A stretch of DNA of 64,000 nt from a virus. Below are positions 54,870 to 64,000 of this stretch, in pieces. The notes beneath the pieces are model-generated. The model ran no database searches. It worked only from the letters and a program-made list of their open reading frames with translations, and was not told the origin of the DNA. The first letter of the stretch is position 1, and each line of letters starts with the position of its first letter. Both the position numbers and the translations under genes were made by a program. The stretch is taken from positions 1 to 64,000 of the IMG/VR virus record IMGVR_UViG_3300022074_000012. The stretch is one strand, 5' to 3'.

Positions 54870-57800
54870 ATGGGAAAGTTTTCCAAAATATTTCATCATA
54901 TAGAATCAAAAGACCTTAGAAATAAGCACGAGCAGAAGAAGGTCGCTAAGATACAGGAAGAAAAAAAGAAGAAAGAATTTAAGAAATACCTTGTTTCCAC
55001 AATGGAAACTAAAAAGTATAATTGGCGGGAGGGGATGACCACCTCTGATGTATCAACTATTAGTGTAGAAAAATTACCTGGTGATGGTGATGTAATATCT
55101 GTTGATACAATTGATAGTGCAAGTTATGAAGGTACAACTGGTATTATTAGTGATGGTGATAATTTAGGTGCAAATGTAGGTACGGAAATAAGAGATAGTG
55201 GAACTGGTAATGGAAGTGATGGTGGTTTCAATGTTGGTGGTCAATATCTTGCATTTCAAGGAACAGGAACTGGAGATAATAATTCAAGATTTGCATCTTT
55301 AAGTCCAATTGATACCTCTCAAGTAGATACTCTCACAATCACTGCGATAGTTGGTAATGACGTTAATGGTGGAGAAGATCCTGACTTAGCATCAGAATGT
55401 TTGTTTGTAATGTATAAAACACCTGCGATGGCAAACGCACAATTTTTACTGTTAAAACCTGATGGTAGTGCTGGAGAAGGTAGTGGTATCATAATTACTA
55501 CACCTTTAAGTCACAATGGTGGTTTAAATAATTACTCTATATCAGTTCCAGAGTATGCAAGAGCAGAAGGAACTCAATTTGTCTTGCTGCAAAATTTTAA
55601 TAGTGGTGTAGGATTTGATCATTTTGGTGTAACTAAAATTAATTTTCAAAGAAAAGCACCAATGAATGTGGTTGTTCCTCTTGATAATCCAGAGGCATCA
55701 TCATTTATTCGTTCAGCACCACCAAAGTCAACATCAACTCCAAAGAAAAGAAAGAAAGCTGTTGATGATAAACTACAAGCATCTGATGATTACACTGGTT
55801 CAAGATTTGGAGATGAGTTTCCAGGTAGAGAAGTTAGAGTTGGTGGAGAAGATCCATTTGCATCTGCAAAGATTGGAGATGACGTTGAACCATCACCACA
55901 AAGTAAAGATGATGTTAAAAAAACATTTGCTGCTTCAAGATTGAAGTCTGCACTTGGTAAACCTGAATCAAAACCAACAACAAGTCCAGAAGAGAAACTA
56001 GCGGATATACTTAAAACAACAATACTTAAACCAAATCAACCTAAGTCAGGAAAAGATTTATCTACATTTAAGTCTGACGGTGAGAATAAGAAAACAGAAG
56101 TGGCAGTTTCAACAGAAGCAAGAAATTCAGTTAAAAATTCTCCAGAAATCAGTGAGATGATAAAAGGAATGACTGCTGAACAAAAAAAAGCAGCCATTGA
56201 AAAAATGTATCCAGAGAAAGCACAGGAAATTCTTGATACTGCTGATAATAATGTGATTAAATCAGCACTCGAACAGGGAATATCTGCTACTGTCGTTGAT
56301 GGTATTGCTGAAATTACACAACCTCTTATAGGTGCAAAAACATCTGCGAATGCTTTTAATGAATATAATGATTTTCTTGGAAAAGTTGCTAAAGATCCAA
56401 ACACACCTGGTGCAACTTATGAAAATCCTGTAAATATGTCAAATCAAATTGAAAAGGCTGATATGAATGATCTTACCACCACAATTAATTCTGGTAATTA
56501 TCAAAGTATCGTTAATTCAATAAGAGCTACTAACGATGAAAATGCTCAGAAAGAATTAAAAAAACAACTTGAATCAATGATCAGTGATACTATAGGTAAT
56601 AACTTTGGATTAGATAATTTTATGCATAATAATGTAAAAGTAAATCTACCTCATCTTCTTGAAACTGGAAAAACAAAACTTACTAAAGGATATAAGTTTA
56701 CAACAGGTGGAAGTATTGAGGGGATTGAAACTGCAACATCATGGGATGATGGATGGTTTTATGGAGCTAAGTTAATCTCTGATGCTCTTGGATTAGAATA
56801 TGATACTTTAGGAACAGGTAAAGTTCCTTTCCCACAAACTTTTAATGTGGGTGGTATTGATTTTGCACCTGGAAATATAATTAATATTCCTGTTTGGACA
56901 GCAACAACTTTTGGTCCTGCAATAATCGCAAAACTTGGTCTAACAAATACGAAAAATTTTGATAATTCATCTTATAAATCTCCTATGATGTTTTATGAAG
57001 TTGATGTGCCAGGTAAATATTCTGTTGATTCAAAAGGAAACACAATACAAAGTGCAAAACCATCAGCAGCTGAACAGATTAAAAAAACTGTAAGTAATGT
57101 TCTCAATCAAGGAAAAGAAGTTGTATCTAACTTATTTTCGTTTGGTGCTGAAGATGAGAATGCACCACAAAGAGAAGATTTTCCAATGGGAAGATCTGGT
57201 GCTAAAAAATACAGTGATGCCATGAAATTATATAATGCAGCCAAATCTGTTAGTGATTCATCCGAAGCATCTGGTATTGATAGTACAGAATATGGTATGG
57301 ACCCTGCTAGATATTGGGAGACATTACCATTTCCACCTCTTTCAGATGAAAACGCAGCACTCATAGCTGCTGCAAAGTCAGGTGGTGATGCAGAAATGGA
57401 TGCATTGGCAAAAGCACATGCAGAAATGATGAAACAGGAAATCATAGCAATGCAAAAAGCTGAGGCAGGAGGAGCATCCCCTGAATCTTTGATGGCTTTG
57501 TCTGTAAAGCAGTATGAAAAAAGAAAACCTTTAGAAGATGCATTGGAGATAGATTCACCAGTTCCTCCTATGCCTAGTGAACCAATAGAACCTGACAGAG
57601 ATGATTTTCCAAATACAATCTCTGGTGATAAACAATATCAAGATGCAAAGAAAGCATTTGATGCAAAACAAGCAAGTAAAGAGATATCTGAATTAAGTAA
57701 TGAGGATGCACAAAATAGAGTGTTTGAAATTTATGATGAAGATTCTGATTTATTCAATCAATTATATGATCCATTATATGAAAATGATCCTATTTACAAA

Positions 57801-60800
57801 GAATACATGGGCATATATGATCAGATGGAAAAAAATGCAACACCAGAGGGTCAAGAACTTTTGAAACAACAATATGAAGCACTTGAGTTTACTCTTCAAG
57901 GTTATGCTTCTAAATTTGTTGATACTGTTCTAGTACAACCAGGTGGAATAAATCCCTTTGGTTATGAAAATACATCAAATCAAGCAGTAACTTATGCAGG
58001 TAAAAAAGATGCACCTGCAGGAGTTTACTTTTGGGGTATGACAGATAGAGAACAATTTGAAATGGCTGGTGTTGATTTAGCAAAGTATGATGAAGCAGAA
58101 GCATTCGTAGAACCATATGAAATTGGAAATCTGTTTGGGTTTGTTGAGTCACAACCTGATTACATAGAGGCACAAGCAGAAGATGATAGAACAATGGCAA
58201 TTTATCAAGCTTCTAGTAATATATCAAATTCCGCTTGGGCATCATATGAAGCTCACGCAGACAAATATGCTGGAAGAGAATTTATTTTACCTCTTGAACA
58301 GGCAGAATATGATCGTGTGACAAAACGTGCAGAGGAACTTTATAAAACATATGAAGAGGCAGAGAATAAATCATATGATGATATGATGACAATGTTAGAT
58401 GCAAGTAGAAAGAGATCTGATATCTTTACCAAATATACAAATAAGATAGATGATTCATTCGACATCTTGAATGGTGCAAAAGAAAAAAGAAATGAATATT
58501 GGGATAATTACGAACAAGAATTAAAATCAAAAATGGATGTGATTTTATCAAAAATTAATGGTGATTATGATTATAATGAAGATTTAAGAGCTCTCGATCC
58601 ACAAATTGAGGAACTGTTTAATCGTATTAATAAGCAATTCTTAAATCTTTATAATAATCTTGATGATATCTTAGCAGAACCAGAAGAAGGTCCTGAATTT
58701 GATCCATTTAAAGATGAACTCAAACCTGGTTTGGGTGCAGAGGATGGTGACGAACTTGCTTTGTTTGGTAAAAAACCACCTAATCCAGGTGAGAAACAAG
58801 GTCGTGCTACACATATTAATATCATCAATTGGTGGCAGAGTGGTGGAATGATGGGTAAGAAACCTGAAGGTTGGTCAGATCAGGATATTCAGAATTACAT
58901 AAACAAATTTTATTTAAATAAATCATCATCAAAACCACAAGCATCATCAGATCCAAGAGCTGCATTTGCAGGAACTGGTGATGACGCAGCTACTTTTGCC
59001 TTTGATGGTACAGAACTTGCAAGTACATTTGATTTAATGAAGAGTGGTCAAGTTCCATATATGACAAAAGATCAAATTGATAAAATATTAGTAAATCCAA
59101 AATTTCAAAAACTTCTTCAAGATGATCCAGATTTATTACCCATATTACAAAGAATGAGAGCAGGTAGATCAAGTAATGTTCAAGTTGCTCACTTTGTTCC
59201 AAGAGGTGATAACTTATCTGAAGTAATGTTGGTAAAGAAAACTAAGTTACAAAGACCAAAACAATTTTTCAAAGAACCAAATCAATTCTTTAATGTAAAT
59301 GACATTAAACCTGAGTTCCCAGAGAACCCACCACCTAAGTTAGATCCGAATACAGGTATGCATCCTGAGTATGGTAAGAAGGCAAAACGTTATGGTAAAT
59401 TAGATCCAATCAGTGCTAACTCCATGCCTCCTACTGGTGATCCAGAGATAGATGCAGTGGTCAAAAAGCAGAAGACAAATGAATCTAAATTGTTTGAAAA
59501 ACTTAAAAATAAATCTTTCTTTAATCAAGATGATATTAAACCAGAGTTTCCAGAGAACCCACCACCAAAATTAGATTCTAAAACTGGTATGCATCCTCAG
59601 TATGGTAAGAAAGCAAATCGTTTTACAAAACTTGATCCAATTAGTGCTGATTCAATGCCACTAACTGGTGATCCAGAGACAGACGCAATTGTAAAGAAAC
59701 AAAAAAATAAAAAGAATTTTAAAGAGTGGTCACAACAACTTGATAGTATGTGGAAATCTGATTGGAAAAATGAACTTAAAGAACAAATGACCACTTCTGA
59801 TACTTTTATAACGATAATACCAGGTCAAGGTGATGTTGATTTAAACACTACTGGATTAGGTTACACTGAAGACGGTATTCATCAACTTCAAAATATTGAG
59901 CCGATGACTAACGTTGATGATCCAACTAATGCTGGTAAAAAATTTGGAAGAACTCATGGTTATGGTGGTAACACATATGGTGCTATAAACCAGTATGATA
60001 CTCAAGCTAAAGCAGATGCAGGAATAGAGGGAACATATTGGGATCAAGCTGTTATTGGAGATTTACTCGATGATAATAGTAATGTTCGATTATCTGACTA
60101 TGTTTGGCCTTTTGATCGTGGTGCAACTCAGGCAGAATCTGATGCTGCTAGAGCTGCTTCAAAAGTTAGAGGACAGAATGATTGTTTCAGAGCAGTCTAT
60201 CCAACAAATACTTTTGGAAATAGGCATAAAGCAACTCCAGTAATAACAAATACAACTGTCGGCACTGATGATGATTATAATACGGCAGGTTTAAGTATTC
60301 AATTTGGCGCTGGAGCAGATACTAGAGCTCCCAAATTTTTTGTTCCAAACCCTGTGAATACATCAGAGATTGATACGGTACAGATTTTGGCATCCTTACC
60401 AGATTCAGACAGTATTACTTCAGCAGGAAGTCAATTGCAATTGTTTTACTGGTCAGGTGATAAACCAGGTTTCCAATCATTATATCCAGAAACCAGTGGT
60501 GGTTATCCATTTACAAAAAATCAAAACGATGGTTGGAGACCAATCGCCATGAAACCAAATGGTGAGACAGATAGTTCTGTAAGTAGTAATCTTATTGATA
60601 TAATAAAACCTGCAGACTACTTGGGTCATGGAGTGATAAATAAATTTTCTATCAAAATTCCTGAGTGGTGTAGAACAACAAGCACACGATTTATGTATGT
60701 TCAGTTAAACGGGAGTGGGAGTCGTGATAGATTACGAATATATTCAATAGGATATCAAAGAAGAAATGGAATTACAATTAATACAACTTTAGAGGATGAT

Positions 60801-61193
60801 ATATCATCAGCATATGTAAGGGCGGGTATTAACAGTAATCTTACCTCAGCGGAAAGGAAGAAAAAATTGGAGGAAAGATTGAGAGCCTCTAGAGAATATA
60901 TGCTTAAATCATTAGGTTTCGCAGATCTATTTAATGATGAAATAAAGATCTCTGATGTTGTAAGTAATACTTTTGACTACGAAGCAGTGATGCAGGGTTC
61001 AGGAAAATTTGGTAACTCAAGATTTAATGATCTTGTAAGTTTAGAAAAAAGACAGAAAGCAGCTGGAATAAGAAAACCACAACAAACTAAAAGGAGAGGT
61101 AAATTTAGAGGATACCAAAGAACAGGTAGAGATTCAAAGGGAATGACCACACGAGCAAGAGTAAATCCAAATGATATTATTGGTTCAATCTAG
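54870..61193 (+). CDS. 2107-aa multidomain repeat protein, probable virion protein
   Basis: late-promoter-like CATAAATA at 54844; duplicated beta domain; 77-aa tandem repeat. Confidence 0.75.
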   Translation: MGKFSKIFHHIESKDLRNKHEQKKVAKIQEEKKKKEFKKYLVSTMETKKYNWREGMTTSDVSTISVEKLPGDGDVISVDTIDSASYEGTTGIISDGDNLGANVGTEIRDSGTGNGSDGGFNVGGQYLAFQGTGTGDNNSRFASLSPIDTSQVDTLTITAIVGNDVNGGEDPDLASECLFVMYKTPAMANAQFLLLKPDGSAGEGSGIIITTPLSHNGGLNNYSISVPEYARAEGTQFVLLQNFNSGVGFDHFGVTKINFQRKAPMNVVVPLDNPEASSFIRSAPPKSTSTPKKRKKAVDDKLQASDDYTGSRFGDEFPGREVRVGGEDPFASAKIGDDVEPSPQSKDDVKKTFAASRLKSALGKPESKPTTSPEEKLADILKTTILKPNQPKSGKDLSTFKSDGENKKTEVAVSTEARNSVKNSPEISEMIKGMTAEQKKAAIEKMYPEKAQEILDTADNNVIKSALEQGISATVVDGIAEITQPLIGAKTSANAFNEYNDFLGKVAKDPNTPGATYENPVNMSNQIEKADMNDLTTTINSGNYQSIVNSIRATNDENAQKELKKQLESMISDTIGNNFGLDNFMHNNVKVNLPHLLETGKTKLTKGYKFTTGGSIEGIETATSWDDGWFYGAKLISDALGLEYDTLGTGKVPFPQTFNVGGIDFAPGNIINIPVWTATTFGPAIIAKLGLTNTKNFDNSSYKSPMMFYEVDVPGKYSVDSKGNTIQSAKPSAAEQIKKTVSNVLNQGKEVVSNLFSFGAEDENAPQREDFPMGRSGAKKYSDAMKLYNAAKSVSDSSEASGIDSTEYGMDPARYWETLPFPPLSDENAALIAAAKSGGDAEMDALAKAHAEMMKQEIIAMQKAEAGGASPESLMALSVKQYEKRKPLEDALEIDSPVPPMPSEPIEPDRDDFPNTISGDKQYQDAKKAFDAKQASKEISELSNEDAQNRVFEIYDEDSDLFNQLYDPLYENDPIYKEYMGIYDQMEKNATPEGQELLKQQYEALEFTLQGYASKFVDTVLVQPGGINPFGYENTSNQAVTYAGKKDAPAGVYFWGMTDREQFEMAGVDLAKYDEAEAFVEPYEIGNLFGFVESQPDYIEAQAEDDRTMAIYQASSNISNSAWASYEAHADKYAGREFILPLEQAEYDRVTKRAEELYKTYEEAENKSYDDMMTMLDASRKRSDIFTKYTNKIDDSFDILNGAKEKRNEYWDNYEQELKSKMDVILSKINGDYDYNEDLRALDPQIEELFNRINKQFLNLYNNLDDILAEPEEGPEFDPFKDELKPGLGAEDGDELALFGKKPPNPGEKQGRATHINIINWWQSGGMMGKKPEGWSDQDIQNYINKFYLNKSSSKPQASSDPRAAFAGTGDDAATFAFDGTELASTFDLMKSGQVPYMTKDQIDKILVNPKFQKLLQDDPDLLPILQRMRAGRSSNVQVAHFVPRGDNLSEVMLVKKTKLQRPKQFFKEPNQFFNVNDIKPEFPENPPPKLDPNTGMHPEYGKKAKRYGKLDPISANSMPPTGDPEIDAVVKKQKTNESKLFEKLKNKSFFNQDDIKPEFPENPPPKLDSKTGMHPQYGKKANRFTKLDPISADSMPLTGDPETDAIVKKQKNKKNFKEWSQQLDSMWKSDWKNELKEQMTTSDTFITIIPGQGDVDLNTTGLGYTEDGIHQLQNIEPMTNVDDPTNAGKKFGRTHGYGGNTYGAINQYDTQAKADAGIEGTYWDQAVIGDLLDDNSNVRLSDYVWPFDRGATQAESDAARAASKVRGQNDCFRAVYPTNTFGNRHKATPVITNTTVGTDDDYNTAGLSIQFGAGADTRAPKFFVPNPVNTSEIDTVQILASLPDSDSITSAGSQLQLFYWSGDKPGFQSLYPETSGGYPFTKNQNDGWRPIAMKPNGETDSSVSSNLIDIIKPADYLGHGVINKFSIKIPEWCRTTSTRFMYVQLNGSGSRDRLRIYSIGYQRRNGITINTTLEDDISSAYVRAGINSNLTSAERKKKLEERLRASREYMLKSLGFADLFNDEIKISDVVSNTFDYEAVMQGSGKFGNSRFNDLVSLEKRQKAAGIRKPQQTKRRGKFRGYQRTGRDSKGMTTRARVNPNDIIGSI
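59286..59705 (+). repeat. two-copy tandem repeat, 231-nt period
   Basis: FFN..DIKPEFPENPPPKLD..TGMHP.YGKKA.R..KLDPISA.SMP.TGDPE.DA.VKKQK twice. Confidence 0.9.
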
Positions 61194-61210
61194 ATAAGTA
61201 GTTATACTTA

Positions 61211-61244
61211 TTGACATCTGTGTAAAGTTTTGTTAATATAAATA
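61211..61244 (+). promoter_or_regulatory. overlapping early and late promoter of psbA
   Basis: TTGACA-17-TAATAT overlapping TATAAATA. Confidence 0.8.
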
Positions 61245-61304
61245 CAACAGTGAGGGTTTCCTCACCATTAGAAAGGACTCGAAATTATCGTAACCCTGAC
61301 TACA

Positions 61305-61410
61305 CAACTGCTCCCAACCAAGACCTCTGTAGGCAGTATAATACCTCGTCTTTCATATCCAGTAGTGAGGGATTACTGGAAATAAATATCGCATCTTCCC
61401 TGATGCCCTA
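61305..61410 (+). ncRNA. psbA 5' leader RNA, probably PhotoRC-II motif
   Basis: ACTGC/GCAGT and TCCAGTAGT/ATTACTGGA stems directly 5' of psbA; family name from recall. Confidence 0.65.
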
Positions 61411-61426
61411 TTTAAACGTCTTACTA

Positions 61427-62515
61427 ATGACAACTCTTTCAAAACAAGGCAGACAACAAGGTCTGTTAGCAGGCTGGCCACAGTTCTGCGAATGGGTAAC
61501 ATCAACAAACAACAGAATTTACGTTGGTTGGTTTGGTGTCCTAATGATTCCATGCTTACTCGCAGCAGCAGCATGTTTCATCGTTGCTTTCATAGCAGCA
61601 CCTCCAGTCGATATCGACGGAATCAGAGAACCAGTAGCGGGTTCTTTCTTGTATGGTAACAACATCATCTCTGGTGCAGTTGTTCCTTCATCAAACGCTA
61701 TAGGTCTACACTTCTACCCAATCTGGGAAGCAGCAACAGTAGACGAATGGTTATATAACGGTGGTCCTTACCAGTTAGTTATTTTCCACTTCCTAATCGG
61801 AATCTCTGCTTACATGGGCAGACAGTGGGAACTATCATACAGATTAGGTATGAGACCTTGGATATGTGTAGCATATTCAGCACCTGTATCTGCAGCATTT
61901 GCAGTATTCTTAGTATACCCATTCGGTCAGGGATCTTTCTCAGACGGAATGCCACTAGGTATCTCAGGAACCTTTAACTTCATGTTCGTATTCCAAGCAG
62001 AGCACAACATCCTAATGCACCCTTTCCATATGGCAGGAGTAGCAGGAATGTTCGGAGGATCTTTATTCTCAGCAATGCACGGTTCTTTAGTTACATCTTC
62101 TCTAATCAGAGAGACAACTGAGCAAGAGTCTCAGAACTATGGTTACAAGTTCGGACAAGAAGAAGAAACATACAACATCGTAGCAGCACACGGTTACTTT
62201 GGTCGTCTTATCTTCCAGTATGCTTCATTCAACAACTCAAGAAGTTTACACTTCTTCCTAGCAGTATTCCCTGTAGTCTGTGTATGGTTAACCTCTATGG
62301 GTATCTGTACAATGGCATTCAACCTTAACGGTTTCAACTTCAACCAGTCTGTAGTAGACGCAAATGGTAAGATTGTACCAACATGGGGAGATGTTCTTAA
62401 CAGAGCAAACTTAGGAATGGAAGTAATGCATGAGAGAAATGCACACAACTTCCCACTTGACCTTGCTTCAGCAGAGTCAACAACAGTTGCTTTAACAGCA
62501 CCTGCAATCGGTTAA
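61427..62515 (+). CDS. psbA: photosystem II D1 protein
   Basis: [30 protein letters not shown]; no intron. Confidence 0.99.
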   Translation: MTTLSKQGRQQGLLAGWPQFCEWVTSTNNRIYVGWFGVLMIPCLLAAAACFIVAFIAAPPVDIDGIREPVAGSFLYGNNIISGAVVPSSNAIGLHFYPIWEAATVDEWLYNGGPYQLVIFHFLIGISAYMGRQWELSYRLGMRPWICVAYSAPVSAAFAVFLVYPFGQGSFSDGMPLGISGTFNFMFVFQAEHNILMHPFHMAGVAGMFGGSLFSAMHGSLVTSSLIRETTEQESQNYGYKFGQEEETYNIVAAHGYFGRLIFQYASFNNSRSLHFFLAVFPVVCVWLTSMGICTMAFNLNGFNFNQSVVDANGKIVPTWGDVLNRANLGMEVMHERNAHNFPLDLASAESTTVALTAPAIG

Positions 62516-62537
62516 TTTCTTAACTGATATTCAATCT

Positions 62538-62559
62538 AGGCACCTTCGGGTGCCTTTTT
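62538..62559 (+). terminator. intrinsic terminator with UUCG loop
   Basis: AGGCACC-TTCG-GGTGCCT plus T run. Confidence 0.9.
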
Positions 62560-62573
62560 CATAGGAAAAATTA

Positions 62574-63650
62574 ATGGTAGCATCTACTTTACAAGCACCT
62601 ACAAGGGGTTGGTTTGATGTTCTTGATGACTGGTTAAAGAGAGATCGTTTCGTATTCATCGGATGGTCTGGTCTTATACTTTTACCTTGTGCTTACCTTT
62701 CTATCGGAGGTTGGTTCGTTGGAACTACTTTCGTAACAAGTTGGTATACACATGGTATTGCATCTTCATATCTTGAAGGAGCAAACTTCTTAACAGCAGC
62801 AGTGTCAACACCTGGCGATGCAATGGGTCATAGTCTTATGTTCCTCTGGGGACCTGAAGCACAAGGTTCATTCGTTCGTTGGTTACAACTCGGTGGACTC
62901 TGGAACTTCGTAGCACTTCACGGTGTGTTCGGACTCATAGGTTTTATGTTAAGGCAGTTTGAAATTGCAGGTCTTGTTGGGATTCGTCCTTACAATGCAC
63001 TTGCATTCTCAGCAGTTATCGCAGTCTTCACTAGCATCTTTTTAATCTACCCACTAGGGCAGCATAGTTGGTTCTTCGCACCTTCATTTGGTGTCGCAGC
63101 AATCTTTAGATATATCTTATTCATTCAAGGTTTCCACAATATAACTCTTAACCCATTTCATATGATGGGTGTAGCAGGTATATTAGGAGGAGCACTACTC
63201 TGTGCAATACATGGAGCAACTGTTCAGAATACTTTGTATGAAGACACATCAATCTATACTGATGGTAAGGTTCAGAGTTCTACATTCAGAGCATTTGATC
63301 CTACACAGGAAGAGGAAACTTATAGTATGATTACAGCAAACAGATTCTGGTCACAGATATTTGGTGTTGCTTTTTCAAACAAAAGATTCTTACACTTCCT
63401 TATGTTGTTCGTACCTGTGATGGGTATGTGGACATCATCAATCGGTATCGTAGGTCTAGCACTTAACTTAAGAGCATACGATTTCGTATCTCAAGAGATA
63501 AGAGCAGCAGAAGACCCAGAGTTCGAGACTTTCTATACAAAGAACATTCTTTTAAACGAAGGTATGAGAGCATGGATGTCTTCAGTTGACCAACCTCACG
63601 AGAACTTTGTGTTCCCAGAGGAAGTATTACCTCGTGGTAATGCACTCTAA
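62574..63650 (+). CDS. psbD: photosystem II D2 protein
   Basis: [16 protein letters not shown]...[10 protein letters not shown]. Confidence 0.99.
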   Translation: MVASTLQAPTRGWFDVLDDWLKRDRFVFIGWSGLILLPCAYLSIGGWFVGTTFVTSWYTHGIASSYLEGANFLTAAVSTPGDAMGHSLMFLWGPEAQGSFVRWLQLGGLWNFVALHGVFGLIGFMLRQFEIAGLVGIRPYNALAFSAVIAVFTSIFLIYPLGQHSWFFAPSFGVAAIFRYILFIQGFHNITLNPFHMMGVAGILGGALLCAIHGATVQNTLYEDTSIYTDGKVQSSTFRAFDPTQEEETYSMITANRFWSQIFGVAFSNKRFLHFLMLFVPVMGMWTSSIGIVGLALNLRAYDFVSQEIRAAEDPEFETFYTKNILLNEGMRAWMSSVDQPHENFVFPEEVLPRGNAL

Positions 63651-63676
63651 ACCAAAAACCACTTTTAATTTACATT

Positions 63677-63707
63677 TACCTCGGAAAAAATTTCGGGGTA
63701 TTTTTTT
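63677..63707 (+). terminator. intrinsic terminator
   Basis: TACCTCGGAA...TTTCGGGGTA plus T7. Confidence 0.8.
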
Positions 63708-63735
63708 GTCTATTAGACTTTTTTATAGATAAAAT

Positions 63736-63993
63736 ATGATCTTAGAAGAAGCCTGTCATTCTCTTAAACTTGAATGTGCCCTTAGAGATTTGGGGTTTGT
63801 GGATATTGGGTGGAAATGTGTAGCACATGCAGGAATATTTTTCGTTCAACCAATCGGAATACCCGATGATCCAGAGGGAGACTTACTAGGATTCTCTTTA
63901 ACATTACCTAATACACATGATATGCGGAGAGTTCGTTTGATGCGAACTGCAAAGCAAGCATTAGATTATGCAGAAGGAAAAAATGGATATTGA
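63736..63993 (+). CDS. hypothetical protein
   Basis: 85-aa ORF. Confidence 0.65.
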   Translation: MILEEACHSLKLECALRDLGFVDIGWKCVAHAGIFFVQPIGIPDDPEGDLLGFSLTLPNTHDMRRVRLMRTAKQALDYAEGKNGY

Positions 63994-64000
63994 CTTTGAA

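Noticed and set aside
61250-61426. 59-aa N-terminal extension of PsbA in the ORF track
   Set aside because: Region is the structured leader; D1 homology begins at ATG 61427
1-64000. tRNA genes, CRISPR arrays, introns or inteins
   Set aside because: No cloverleaf or repeat-spacer pattern seen in intergenic regions; nrdA, nrdB, psbA and psbD are uninterrupted and of normal length

Overview
AT-rich 64-kb segment of a T4-like cyanomyovirus, most likely infecting Prochlorococcus (Prochlorococcus-type PsbA/PsbD, P-SSM2-like gene content). Order: mazG, a PD-(D/E)XK-like nuclease, a HIGH-family nucleotidyltransferase and probable capsid-internal proteins; primase, nrdA, nrdB and a GIY-YIG nuclease; small membrane proteins, PTOX and a thermonuclease; a convergent four-gene module of exported proteins; a manA-like structured RNA, talC and a small outer-membrane protein; an ~11-kb modular tail-fibre cluster; an ~19-kb glycan-biosynthesis island; five hli genes; a 2107-aa repeat protein; psbA and psbD. 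Best candidates for undescribed systems: (1) a HAD phosphatase / CapK-type ligase / NDP-sugar dehydrogenase / HisC-like PLP enzyme / GT2 block that parallels the Campylobacter capsule glucuronamide pathway; (2) near-identical GC-rich DNA anchors bracketing divergent tail-fibre domains, suggesting cassette shuffling; (3) the exported four-gene module with a long dual-coding overlap; (4) proteins tagged with T4-like capsid-targeting and protease motifs, including an NMNAT-like enzyme that could pair with NadE; (5) a short RNA leader shared by psbA and the outer-membrane protein gene. All family calls come from motif recognition by eye; no searches were run.
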